Positions 12,191-25,000 of a stretch of 57,447 nt of DNA are shown here, piece after piece. The position numbers were made by a program, and so were the translations under genes. The notes beneath the pieces were generated by a model. The model saw only the letters and a list, made by a program, of their open reading frames with translations. It made no database searches and was not told the origin of the DNA. The number at the start of each line of letters is the position of its first letter. Position 1 is the first letter of the stretch. Source of the DNA: Chiloscyllium plagiosum (lineage: Eukaryota); NCBI RefSeq assembly GCF_004010195.1, contig NW_025215125.1:1-57447 (forward strand), in the 5' to 3' direction.

Positions 12191-14789
12191 TGGCAAGCTG
12201 TTCCTGGAAAACCCGGGGTGGATCCAGCAGATCCCTTTCCCCAGATATCCTCACTCCGTGGTTTCAGAGCTTCCCTTCTCTGCAGCCTCTGCTCCATTTG
12301 GTGTTCATCTAACAGACCCAGATGCTGTAACTGCAATTCCCAGCCTCCATCCAGAGTTGGGTCACCAAATCCTCCGGTCTCCCTGAATCTCACAGCACAA
12401 CCTCCAGAAAACCATCTCCCGCACCTCCAATAACCTTTCAATAGCAGGAGACAATCAGAAGCCCCTCAGCTACAAGTGTTATGGACCTGACCAGACCCCG
12501 TCAACATATATTAAGCAGGCAGCCTAGACCCTAACTTTTCCTTATTTCAAATGTAGATGTTAACTGTGTTTTCCGGATGTGTTGCAACTGGTCAACCCAT
12601 TCAACGTAAAGCAAAATGCAAATCATTAAAAAGCTCCAATTAAGACACAATCAAAGAGAAGAACAATTTGCAATCACTTCTCTACTGGAATACCTATGCT
12701 ACCATTAGATACAGTGCCTTCTACTAATTAACTGCGATAATGCAGGGACATCCCATTAACAAACCCCTTGGCAAAAAGGTAAATTCAAACACAGAATCTT
12801 ATGTGCAGTTCTCCAATCCAGGAAGCAACTTTAAGTGAGTTTTCAGAGAGAATAGCAGCTGGGGATCATGCATTGAAACTTCCAACCCTTCTGGGTTCCC
12901 AAGCAGCTTCTGAACGCTGCAGCTAAAATCAAAACGAGAAAACCTGTCCAATGCCCTTCCATTGTTACCAACGTTTTAATAAAACCTAAATACCTTCTCA
13001 GTTATTTACCTAAGCTGTTTTCAGGTGACAGTTCGGCATCTCTGCCTTAAAGACATCTCTTCAAAAAAAAAGCAAAAAGAAAATAATCTTTTTAAAGTGA
13101 AACAAAATCAATATACAATGATGGCCTCATTTAAACCTTTTATTCTTATTGTTCCAGTAGACTGCAATACATATATATTACATTGACACTAAGTGTGCTA
13201 ACATTTACAACTCTACTCTATTTCAGTCAGTTTACTTCTGCGATAGAACGCCTTTTTTTTCTTCTCAGTCTCGACAACTTGTCAGCAAGTACGGTTTCTC
13301 GTCCGGTCACTTGTATAACTTCCAAACTGAATACCAACAATAATAACCTCTATCTGAACAGACTGGAAGTTTTCTCCCTAAATTTGTCCAAAATTATTCA
13401 AGCGTTATGATCAGTATATATACTTGTCTTGACACGGTATTGGCAACTTAAATGCTGAAATGTTATAATGACAACAGCAAGCTCAAGGCCTCCTTCCCAA
13501 CTGTGAAATATTTTACAATTGATGGCCTCACTGGACACTCCAAACAAACGTTACATAATGGAGCACTTCTCATCTCTGTCATAGTCCTTCTCAATGACAT
13601 ATCTCCTCATGCCTCATCTTAAAGGATTTACATGTTTCTGTACGTCTTCTGTACCTATATATCACAGGTATATATTTTAAGATCTTCCACATTCTTCTCA
13701 AGCCCTCGCAGAAACCAAACTTTGATTTACGGACCAACTGACGATCATCAGCCATTTCAGATTCTAATCATGCCATTTCAACTCTCTGCTCTTCCCCACG
13801 CGTTCTCATGACTGCAGGAAGTGAGTTTTTGAATCCTCCTAAGTAAGAATCTTTCTAAGAGTGTCATAGGTTGCTCTGTTTTTAATACCCTGACTCACCT
13901 TTCAAAATTACTTTGGTTAATCCTTTCAATCTCAATGTACGTTTAACGAGAGACACATTTTTTTTTTCTAAATCACTGTCTGTGGGCTTCTGGCACAAGC
14001 TCATATGCACTTCAGATGTCTTTCTTCACCTCCTCATAATCTCCAGATACCTCTTCTGATAGGAATGCAAATACCTTACTCCTTATACCGACCAGCTTTG
14101 TTTGGATTAACTAAACCCACTTGGTCAGTGGTCAGTGCATTCGTTTAGCCACTTTCTCAAATGAAATTAAAAAGACTTCTGCATCCTTTTCATCAACTTT
14201 AGACAATGCCTGTACATATTTAAACAGATCCCCATCAGGCCTTTGGCTACCAGAGAGTTGTTCATTCTCACTATCCTCCTCATCCAGCCAACCGTCTCCC
14301 TTCATCGCCACCCTGCTAAGTCGACTTTCCTCTCAAATTGCTAATGTTTGAAGTTAAAACTCTCTCTCTTTCAGCTTTTCTTCATTCTTTTTCTGTCTTT
14401 CTTTTTCCTCTCCGTTTCTTTTAATTCTACTTTTAATCGTATTTCAAACTGTCTCAATTCCTTTTTGTGTTCAAGCTGCCTCATCTGCAAATGAATTCTA
14501 CCCATTTCCAAAGATTCTGATGGTCTTTCCAACAAAATTTGAATGACAAGTTACAGCTGTAATTATCTCCATTTCTCACGGACAAACACAAACCCAACTC
14601 CAGCTTGTCTGCCAATCCTAAAAGCTTTGCCTTGCTCACCTTTTGTAAACTCTCCAACTTCACTTTGTCTTCACCCAGAGAACTCTTAGAGACAGAAATA
14701 GCCATTATTACATAAATCATTGCACAAACCAACCGAATTCAACACCCACAACAATCCTTTGAGCACAACAATGCCTTTGAGCCCAACAA

Positions 14790-15045
14790 TCTCCCTGTGC
14801 CCATTCTATGTGGGTTTTCTCCAGGTGGTCCAGTTTCCTCCCACAGTCTAAATATATGTCGTTTCGGCGAAATGGCCATGTTAATTTGCCCGTAATGTTC
14901 AGTGATGTGTAGGTTACTTGACTAGTCAGGGGTAAATATGGAGTAATAGGGGAGGGGAATGCGTCTGGGTAATTTACTCTTCAAAGGGGTGGTGTGGACT
15001 TGTTGGGCCAAATGACCTGCTTCCATACTGTGGGGATTCTAATCC
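14790..15045 (+). mobile_element. 5'-truncated HE1-type SINE
   Basis: gtgggttttctccaggtggtccagtttcctcccacagtc ... ttccatactgtggggattctaat, antisense to the other copies. Confidence 0.8.
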
Positions 15046-15160
15046 TGGACCCAGTTTGGAATTATCGATTTCCAACTGGACAAGTGTCTTCACTTTGCTA
15101 TGAAACAGACCAGACTGCCTTAAAATACTTTAAGATAGCAGCCTGGACGCCAACCTTTTC

Positions 15161-15473
15161 TTAGGTTAGATTCCCAACAGTATGGAAACAGGCCATTCGG
15201 ACCAACAAGTCCACACTGTCCCACCGAAGAAGTAACCACCCAGCCCCACCCCATATTTACCCCTGACGAATGCACCTAATACTATGGGCAATTTAGCATG
15301 GCCAATTCACCTGACCTGCACATCGTTGGATTGTGGGAGGAAACCACAACACCCAGAGGAACCCACGCAGATACAGAGAGAATGTGCAAACTCCACACAG
15401 TCATCAGTGGGAATTGAACCTGGGACCCTGGTATTTTGAGGCAGCAGTGCTAACCACTGAGCACTGCCACCCC
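15161..15473 (-). mobile_element. HE1-type SINE inserted in the Gypsy LTR
   Basis: Tail ttaggttagatt, body ttgtgggaggaaacc, head gcagcagtgctaaccactgag. Confidence 0.9.
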
Positions 15474-16182
15474 ACTTCCTTTTAGTAAAGGTTGATGTGA
15501 AATGGATGCTCCGGATGTGATGCGGCTGGTCAAACCACTCAACTTTATGCAAAACACAATTTATTTAAACACTGTAATAAAAATACATACAAAAAGAAGA
15601 GGAGTTTAGAATATCATCGCTATTGGAAATCTTAACAGAATATTAGATACAGTACGTTCCAGTAATGAACGGTTCCACTGTATTAACATCCTATAAACTT
15701 GTCCCTTGGCAAAAAATACACATCCAATTCAGGAGGAAACAACATCAAGACAGAGTTCAGAGAGAATTGCAACTAGGGATCATTTACTGAAGCGTCAAAC
15801 CCTGCTCCCACCCGAGGCACCTGGTGATTGTTACAGCTCAGAAAACCTGGAAAGTCTGGTCTGTGTGAGCTGGCCATTGTTATCACCGTTTATTTAAAAA
15901 AACACTGTAAAAACCTCCTAAGTTATTTACTTCAGCCTGTTCTGTGCTGTATTGTTCCATGTTCTATGTTCTATAAACGGAGAAAATAAACCTTTTTTTT
16001 AAGTGACAGCATTGTCAGAGCTGTTAGTCACCTGGTCCTTTACAATAATACTCAAGGGGATTCCTCGTGTTACTGACCACACAATCAGCTCAAAGGGACA
16101 AATACAGACGTCAGACGTTCAGTGAGCAGGCACAGATGATCTTTCAAAGACATGAGTCCAAGCTACTGTAACCCCTATCCAA

Positions 16183-16390
16183 CATGGAGCACCACGTGGG
16201 ACACACCGGAAAGTGAACAACAGACCGATACACACACACACAAACACACACCCGTTCCAATATGGAACACCACATGGAAGTGAATAACAGCCTGACACAC
16301 ACTGCCCACCTCTTTCCCACCCACGCCCGTCCCCGTCCGTGGAACACCACATGGCACACACTGAGAAGTGAACAACAGCCTGACGCACAC
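16183..16390. repeat. Three imperfect ~78-bp tandem copies
   Basis: tgga(g/a)caccac(g/a)tgg...aagtgaa(c/t)aacag at ~16185, ~16263 and ~16340. Confidence 0.75.
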
Positions 16391-16798
16391 CATTTCATTG
16401 CTTCTGAGCTTCACAATGCTAGCACTTAACACACTAGAGACTCAAAGCCCAAGGCTGGGGAAAGATACAGGGGGATATAGCGATTCACATTGAAGGCAGA
16501 AACAGACAATTAATTAACTGAGAACATGTTGTGGAAATATGGAGAAAAAGACTGGGTAGTGGGACTAAGTGAAGAATTGATCACGTAGAGAACAAAATTA
16601 CAAGAGCGAGATCATTGAATAAAGATATTTTCATATCAGCTGAAATGGATTGTTTCATCAAATTCTGAATCGGTTTCACGGAACACTTCAAACAACATAC
16701 GCTGGGACAAGATGACAGGCCAACATGGAGAACTGTGCAGACTATGCTAGTGCATTGCTCAGTAAACTGGATTATCTGCCCAGCCTGAGGAGTATTTG

Positions 16799-17426
16799 NN
16801 NNNNNNNNNNNNNNNNNNNNNNNNNNNNNNNNNNNNNNNNNNNNNNNNNNNNNNNNNNNNNNNNNNNNNNNNNNNNNNNNNNNNNNNNNNNNNNNNNNNN
16901 NNNNNNNNNNNNNNNNNNNNNNNNNNNNNNNNNNNNNNNNNNNNNNNNNNNNNNNNNNNNNNNNNNNNNNNNNNNNNNNNNNNNNNNNNNNNNNNNNNNN
17001 NNNNNNNNNNNNNNNNNNNNNNNNNNNNNNNNNNNNNNNNNNNNNNNNNNNNNNNNNNNNNNNNNNNNNNNNNNNNNNNNNNNNNNNNNNNNNNNNNNNN
17101 NNNNNNNNNNNNNNNNNNNNNNNNNNNNNNNNNNNNNNNNNNNNNNNNNNNNNNNNNNNNNNNNNNNNNNNNNNNNNNNNNNNNNNNNNNNNNNNNNNNN
17201 NNNNNNNNNNNNNNNNNNNNNNNNNNNNNNNNNNNNNNNNNNNNNNNNNNNNNNNNNNNNNNNNNNNNNNNNNNNNNNNNNNNNNNNNNNNNNNNNNNNN
17301 NNNNNNNNNNNNNNNNNNNNNNNNNNNNNNNNNNNNNNNNNNNNNNNNNNNNNNNNNNNNNNNNNNNNNNNNNNNNNNNNNNNNNNNNNNNNNNNNNNNN
17401 NNNNNNNNNNNNNNNNNNNNNNNNNN
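16799..17426. other. Assembly gap (N run)
   Basis: Ns in sequence. Confidence 0.99.
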
Positions 17427-17544
17427 CACTGCGGGGCTGTATATGTCCCACTCTGTTTATAATGGAGAAAGGGACAGAGATAAATTAACAGACAAGCTAA
17501 CTAAGATGTCTGGTGGCAAAATTACGGGATGCATTAACTCAAGG

Positions 17545-18740
17545 GACAAATTTAGGATTGCAGGAGCTGGAGATCAGACTCGAGAATGTGGTGCTGGAAA
17601 AGCACAGGCTGTCAAGCAGCATCGGAGGAGCATCGATATTTCTTGTGTAAGCTTTTCATCAGGATTGTGGTTGTGGCCCAAGGGTACTGAGAGATAAATG
17701 GGAAGGGGATGGTGTTAGGGGAATGTAGCTGAGAATGTGATAGGTCGATGAAGTTGGTTTTGGAGGTGATATGTCGGAGAGGAAGGTGGAGTGGATGGGG
17801 AGAAGGAAGATGTACAGGTAGGACAGGACATAGAGCGGTGCTGAATTGGTAGGTTGGATCTGGGATAAGGTGGGGGAAGGGGAAATGAGGAAACTGGTGA
17901 AATCCACATTGACCCCATGTGGTTGCAGGGTCCCAAGGCAGAAGATCTGTATTTCTTCCTCCAGGCATTGGATGGTTAAGGTTTGGCGGTGGAGGATGCG
18001 CAGGACCTGAATGTCTATGGTGGAATGGGAGGGGGAGTTAAAGTGTTCAGCCACGGGGTGGTGGGGTTTGTTGGTGCCGGTGTCCCAGAGATATTCTCTG
18101 AAGTGTTCCACACGTTGGCATCCTATTTCTCCAATGTCAAGGAGACAACAGGAGCAACGGAAACTGTAGATGACTTGTGTAAGTGCAGATAAAACTCTGA
18201 AGGATGTGGAAGGATCCTTTGGGGTCTCGGACAAAGGTTAGGGTCCTGGTTTTCCAATTCGTGCGGTGGCAGTGGAAGGTGCCAGGAGTGAAGGCTGGGT
18301 CTTTGGATGGTGTGGACCTGACAAAGGAGTCACGCTGGGAATGTTCTTTATGGAAAGCAGATCGGGGTGGGGAGGGAAATATATCCATGGTGGTGGGGTC
18401 TATTTGTTGGTGGCGCAAATGGGGGAGGATAATGCGTTGCGTCTGGAGGTTTGGTGGGATAAAAGGTAAGGAAAGGGGTGTTCTTTTCCTGTTGAGTTTG
18501 GAGGGGTGGGATTCGAAGGCGGAGATGTGGGAAGTGGATGAGATGCACTGGATGGCATCGTCGACCATGTGGGAGGGGAAATTGTTGTCTTTGAAGAAGG
18601 AGGCCATCTGGGATATACACTGAGTTCAAAGAGTGGTGCAGGAAAAACACAGCGGGTCAGGCAGCATCCAAGGAGCTGGAAATTCAGCGTTTTCACACTC
18701 TTGACTCTAATCTCCCTCATCTGCAATACTCAATTCCGCT
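17545..18740 (-). mobile_element. 5'-truncated Penelope-like retroelement (RT C-terminus, GIY-YIG endonuclease, pLTR), with a second pLTR fragment at ~18620-18740
   Basis: ORFs 18137-18607 (MASFFKDNNFPSHMVDDAI...) and 17659-18234 (RCSCCLLDIGE...HPVAEHFNSPSH...IFCLGTLQPHGVN). Degenerate hammerhead CTGATGA...GAAAT at ~17636-17662. Confidence 0.88.
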
Positions 18741-19870
18741 AGTTTTAGTCACTTCTGTAATACTGCCTTTAATTGTGTTCTCACTGCGACAGGAAAGATG
18801 TTGTTAAACTTGAAAGCATGAAGAAAAGATTTCCAAGTATACTGACAGTGTTGCAGTGTTGTGTCGGATGGTGGTGGCGAGTGATGTTGAGCTGCACGGA
18901 GAGTATCAATGGGCTGGGGCTATATTCCCCGGAGCGTTGGTTCTGAGGAATGACCTTACTGAGGTTTATTGCGGTAAATCCCAATGCTCCTGGATGAGCA
19001 AGGCCAAAGGCCAGAGAAATAGACAGAACAGTTATTCACATTGAAACTGGACAATTACTCATGGGACAACACGTTGCTGAACGATGGAGTTAGACTGAAG
19101 AATGGGACTGGCCGGAGGAGTCAGAATTTGGAGGGTCCAATCACATGATTGAGAACAAAAATAAAGGCATTGCCATATCAACTGAAAGGATCAGTTATTT
19201 CACATTGTCAATCCACCTCACAGAACCAGACCAGACACTATAAACCCAGAGGAGGTATCAGTTCAGCATGGAGCACTGCGCAGACCAGGCTTGTGTACTG
19301 CTGAACACCACCCTGTAATCAGTCCAGAGCGGAACACTGTGCGCATTATACCAGTGCATGGATCTATAAACTATAAGCTATGTGACCAGGGTGTGGAATT
19401 GTGTCCATCACCCTAGTACATTGCTCAGTAACACTGTGTGAGATCACTGCCCAGTAAGGGGAAACTTTCAGCCCATGCTGGAAGTGACAGGATGTGCAGC
19501 TCCCATCCATTTACAGCTCCATATCTCCAGTGCGCCATGACAAGGGGGTGCTGTGGGTGTGAACATCTCTGCCAGAGAGAGATGGCAGGGGAAATCAGTT
19601 AAAGTATCAATAAATGGGAGCTGTTTGGGGAATAGACAGAGAGAGCGAGATTGAGAGACAGTGTCATGGAAGGATATGTGCATGTTTCCAGAATGCTGAA
19701 ATGAAGACATTTCTACAGTATCCTGCAACATGCAATGTTCCCAGGAATGATAGGTGAACAGGATATTGGTATGAGCATGGTCTGAACTCACCACCCAGCT
19801 CAGTGCAGTACCTGCAGTCTGAAGAAGTGTCCAGCAATAAAGAACACGCGTCAATAACCTTCCCCGCTCT

Positions 19871-19923
19871 ATCAGGAGCAACACAAATTCCCAGCTCGGC
19901 GAACAGAACCACAACAATCAGGA
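19871..19923 (+). mobile_element. 39-bp Penelope pLTR micro-insertion with a 7-bp TSD (ATCAGGA)
   Basis: 19878-19916 matches 34888-34926 at 35/39 nt. ATCAGGA occurs at 19871-19877 and 19917-19923. Confidence 0.8.
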
Positions 19924-20610
19924 TAAGGCTCACCGTATTCTCTCTGCTCCCGCAAACGCACTGTATATCTGTTACAGCGCCTATCCCGAACAAGGCTCAT
20001 GCTCCACCACTCTCACTACTGCATGCGGTCTCTCTCTCTCTTTCTTTCTCTCTCTCTCTCGCTCCACTTTACCTCCCACACAAGTAACACTGCATTCATA
20101 CAACACTGTGGACCGACTCCCTCTGGACACCACCCCACCTGAACCAGAGTAACAGCAGGGCCACCCACTCCCACCCTCACTCCCTCCCTCCCTTTCTACG
20201 ATTCCAGGAGAAACAGCCTGGAATAGGACAGAAAGGGCCAAGCCGGGTGATGGAATGCCAGATGTCCGTTCCCTACTCCTCCTCCCCCCGTCATGTGGGG
20301 AAGACCCTGGTACGAGCTGGAGAGGACTGGGACGTCTCATGTAGAGATTCTGAAACATCCACGTCCCACCGAGCGAGTAAGGAACAATGTTCAGTGAAGG
20401 GCAATTCTCACTTCAAACCCACTGGCAGCTCCATTTCCCCCCGGCACAACTTAGAAACAGTGGCCCTGATGTCATCTCCCTTTTGTCTCGAGCTGGTACA
20501 AATGGAATCCCCACGGTCTCGGTGGGCAGGAGGGTGGGCTCACAACACATCATCACCACCACCTCCCAGGAAGGGGACACGGAGACTCCCTCCTACACGT
20601 GCCCCTGTAA

Positions 20611-20978
20611 NNNNNNNNNNNNNNNNNNNNNNNNNNNNNNNNNNNNNNNNNNNNNNNNNNNNNNNNNNNNNNNNNNNNNNNNNNNNNNNNNNNNNNNNNN
20701 NNNNNNNNNNNNNNNNNNNNNNNNNNNNNNNNNNNNNNNNNNNNNNNNNNNNNNNNNNNNNNNNNNNNNNNNNNNNNNNNNNNNNNNNNNNNNNNNNNNN
20801 NNNNNNNNNNNNNNNNNNNNNNNNNNNNNNNNNNNNNNNNNNNNNNNNNNNNNNNNNNNNNNNNNNNNNNNNNNNNNNNNNNNNNNNNNNNNNNNNNNNN
20901 NNNNNNNNNNNNNNNNNNNNNNNNNNNNNNNNNNNNNNNNNNNNNNNNNNNNNNNNNNNNNNNNNNNNNNNNNNNNNN
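20611..20978. other. Assembly gap (N run)
   Basis: Ns in sequence. Confidence 0.99.
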
Positions 20979-22082
20979 CTGACCCACGCACACACAGACA
21001 CCCAGACACACACACGCAGACCCACACTCACACAGACATACAAACACACACACACACAAACACATACAGACACATACACTGACACGCACACACACACTCA
21101 CAGAAAGAGGCAACTACAGATGCAGACGTACACACACACATACACAGTGTCAGACACAGACACACACTCACAGGAGCAGGCACACACAGATGTAGACACA
21201 CACACGCAGTCAAACACAGATACATATACAGATGCATACACACTCACAGAAACAGACACACACGCATCCACACATACAGCAGCACACAGACCCACACACA
21301 CATACTGACAGAAATCCAACTCCCCCACAGACACGCCCACACACACCCAGATGCAGAGACACACAGACGGACAAACAGACATACAGAGACGTACACATAC
21401 CGACCGACACACATACACGCGCGCGCGCACACACAACACACACAGCCAGATTTCACCAGTTTCCTCACTTCCCCTCCCCCCCACCTTATTCCAGATCCAA
21501 CCTTTCAACTCGGCACCTCCCTCTTGAACTGTACTACCTATCCATTTTCCTGAGATGGAAATGTGTTGCTGGAAAAGCGTAGCAGGTCAGGCAGCATCTA
21601 GGGAACAGGAGAATCGACGTTTCGGGCATTAGCCCTATCCTGCAGACCTCACTTTCTCCTATCCATTTTCCTTCCCACCTATCCATTCTACCCTCCGATT
21701 CAACCAATCGCTTCAACCCCATCTTCATTTAACAATCGCCTTCCCAGCTACGTTCCCCCCAGCACCACACCCTCATATTTATCCCTCAGCTCCCTTGGCC
21801 AACAAACCTAATTCCCAATTAAGGGATTATGCTCGATATTTCGACTCTCCTGCTCTTTGGATTCTGCCTGAATGGTTGCATATTTTCAGCACCATACTCT
21901 TTCAATACAGACACACAGACACAGAAACACACACACAGACAGACACACACACACATAGACAGACGGAAAGACAAACACACATACCAACACATGCACAAAC
22001 GCACATACTTCCCACCTAAGAAGACATCCACCCTCCCCCTCCACACACACACACAGATACCCACACTCCCCACACTCGTAAA
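20979..22082. repeat. Degenerate (CA)n/(CAGA)n low-complexity tract interrupted by Penelope pLTR sequence (~21447-21900)
   Basis: Base composition. 21447-21900 is the sense counterpart of 17580-17905. Confidence 0.85.
21537..21672. mobile_element. 106-bp Penelope mini-insertion (inverted pLTR piece plus 3' end) with a 15-bp TSD
   Basis: CCTATCCATTTTCCT occurs at 21537-21551 and 21658-21672. The insert resembles 6983-7064. Confidence 0.8.
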
Positions 22083-25000
22083 CATACAAAGAACAAAGAC
22101 AATTTACAGCCCAGGAACAGTCCCTTCGGCTCTTCAAACCCGAGCCGATCCAAATGTACTGTCCAAACCTGTCAGTCAATTCCTAAGCATTTGTATCCCT
22201 CTGCTCCCCACCTACTCATGCATCTGTCTAGACGCATCTTAACTGAATCTGCCGTGCCTGCCTCTACCACCTCTGCTGGCAATGCATTCCAAACGCCCAC
22301 CACCCTCTGTGTGAAGTACTTGCCGCGTATATCCCACTTAAACTTTCCACCTCTCATCTTGAAAGCATGATCTCTGTTTATTGAATTCTTCACCCTGGAA
22401 AAAAAGCTTGTCTCTATCCAGCCTGTCTATACCCTTGACGATTTTATAAACCTCAATCAGGTCCCCCCTCACTCTTTTTTTCTAGTGAAAATAAACCTAC
22501 CCTCCTCAAACCCTCTTCATAGCTAACACCTCCCACCAGGCAGCACCTTCATAAACCTTCTCAGCACCCTCTCCAAAGCGTCCATTTCTTTTTGGTAATG
22601 TGGCGACCAGAACTGTACACAATATTCTAAATGCGGCCGAACCAAAGTTTGTACAATTTTAACATGACTTGCCAGCTCAACATCCGGTCCAATGAAGGCA
22701 AGCATACTATATGCCTTCTTGACCACTCTATCTGCCTATGCAGCAACCTTCAGGGTACAATGGACCTGCACTCCCAGATCTCTCTTCAACAGCGCTTCCT
22801 TCATCTTACAACTTAGTTACTTACTCGAAGAAATCTATTCAGTTGGTAAGGCACGATGTCCCCCGCACAAAACCATGTTGCCTATCACTGATAAGCTCAT
22901 TCTTTTCGAAATATAAATAGATCATATCTCTTAGTTCTCTCTCCAGCACATTCCCCACCACTAACGTCAGGCTCACAGGTCTGTCGTTATGCAGAATCTC
23001 CCCACTACCCTTCTGATACAGGGGGACAACATAAGCTACCCTCCCGTCCTCTGGCACCTCGCCAGTATTTAAGGATGCCACAAAGATATCTTTCTGGGCC
23101 CCAGCAATTTTCTCTCTCGCCTCCCTCAACAACTTGGGACAGATCCCATCCGGTCCTGGAGATTTGTCCACCTTAATAGCCTCCAGCATACCCAACACAT
23201 CTTCCCTATTTATGCCAACGTGATCCAGACTAATCAATAGTCTATGTCTAATCTCAGGATTCATCATGTTCCTCTCCTCAGTGAACATTCTCAGGTTCGG
23301 TTCACAGCCTTCCTTCATTGTCTTTTAGTGGACCAATCCTTTCGCTAGTTACCCACTTGCTTCTTATATAAGAATAAAATGCTTTGGGATTTTCCATAAT
23401 TCTGCTGACTAAAGCTACTCCATTACCCCTTTTCGCCGCTTGATTCCTTCTTTAAGACTTGTCCTACTCTTCCAATATTCCTCCAGGACGCGTCCTGTTC
23501 TCAATTTCCAGAACTTATGTACACTTCGCTTTTCCTCTTGGATCGTCATACAATTTCTGCCGTCATCCACAGTTCACGAATCCTGCCCTTCCTATCCTTT
23601 GCCTTCAACGGGACATGCCTATCCTGCACTATCTTTAGCCTATCTTTGAAAGCCTCCCACATCTCAAATGTGGAATTCATTTCAAATAGTTGCCCCCAAT
23701 CCACATTTCACAGCTCCTGCCTAATTTTGATATAATTGGCTTTGGTCCAGTTTAGCACTCTTCCCTGAGGACCACTCTCTTCTTTATCTACAAATATTCT
23801 AAGACTTACAGAATTGTGGTCACTGTTCCAAAAGAAATCCCCCACCGTCTACAAGTGGTAGACAAGAAATCTACCACTTGTACAGGCTCATTCCAGTATC
23901 AGGTCCAATATGGCCCCTTCCCTCGTCGGACTATTGAAATACTGCTCTAGACAAGTCTACTGGACGTTTCGTACAAATTATACTCCATCCAGACTGCTGA
24001 CTCTAAGTGTATCCCAGTCAATGTTGGGAAAATGAAAATCTCCCATCACCACTACCCTATTGCCTCTACATCTATTCATAATCTGTTTACCTGTTTGTTC
24101 TTCTACCTCAAACTCACTGTTGGGAGGTCTGTAATACAGTCCCAACAGAGTAACTGCACCCTTCTTATTTCTCAGCTCCACACATAATGCCTTACTACTC
24201 AAGACCGCCTTAGTGTCCTCCTTTAGCACAGCCGTGGTATCGTCCTTGACCAGCAATGCAACTCTACTTACTCTTTTACTTTCCTCCCTGTCCTGTCTGA
24301 AGCGTCTATATCCTGGAACACTTAGTCGCCAATCATCATGCCCTTCCTTCAACCAAATCTCTGTGATGGTAATAATGTCATACTCCCAGGCACCCTTAAG
24401 TTCATCTGTCTTACATTTCTGCACTGGCTAGCACATGGCAATTGTAGCAATCCCGAGATCACTAGCTTCGAAGTTCTCCTCTTTAACTTCTCTCCTAGTT
24501 CCCTGAAATCTTCTTTCAGGACCTCATCTCGCTTTCTACTTATATCGTTGGTGCCTACATGCACCAAGGCAACTGGCTGTTCACCCTCCCCTTTTTGAAT
24601 GTTCTGCAGCCAATCGTTGACATGCCTGACCCGAGCGCCTGGAAGGCAACATACCATCCGGGAGTCCAGTTTTTGGCCACAGAACCGCCTATCTACTCCC
24701 CTCACAAAAGAATCCCCTATGACTATGGCCCAACGAGTCTTTTTCCCGCCCTTCTGAATAGCAGTGCCGGCCATGGTGCCATGATCCTGGCAACTGCTGC
24801 CCTCCCCGGTGAGCCATCTCCTCCAACAGTATCCAAAACGGTTTGGAGGGAGATGACCGCAGGGGACACCTGCACGGCCCCAGCAATTTTCTCTCTCGCC
24901 TCCCTCAACAACTTGGGACAGATCCCATCCGGTCCTGGGGATTTGTCCACCTTAATAGCCTCTGGCATACCCAACACATCTTCCCTACTTATGCCAACGT

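Larger units (their letters stand above)
12477..16017 (-). mobile_element. Internally deleted, degraded Gmr1-like Gypsy LTR retrotransposon
   Basis: Related LTR-like blocks at ~12477-13117 and ~15096-16017 (tgttatggacctgaccagac / tgctatgaaacagaccagac; gcagcct.gac; ccggatgtg.tgc..ctggtcaa). The minus strand encodes a SCAN-like gag remnant (FLISFEKVAKRMH*PLTKWV*LIQTKLVG...SAYELVPEA, ATG near 14705), then an RNase H C-terminus (YTDHN...GRETVLADKLSR, ~13520-13265). Confidence 0.75.

Noticed and set aside
14745..14790. Three ~17-18-bp tandem copies (cacaacaatcctttgag)
   Set aside because: Small slippage duplication with no further structure.
16581..17488. Long ORFs crossing N-runs (also 6888-7591, 20247-21308, 54594-55916)
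   Set aside because: Their length comes from assembly gaps.
16720..19460. Shared motifs (catggag.actg.gcagac; tagt.cattgctcagtaa) at ~16723-16790 and ~19268-19460
   Set aside because: Looks like a decayed local tandem repeat, too degenerate to define.
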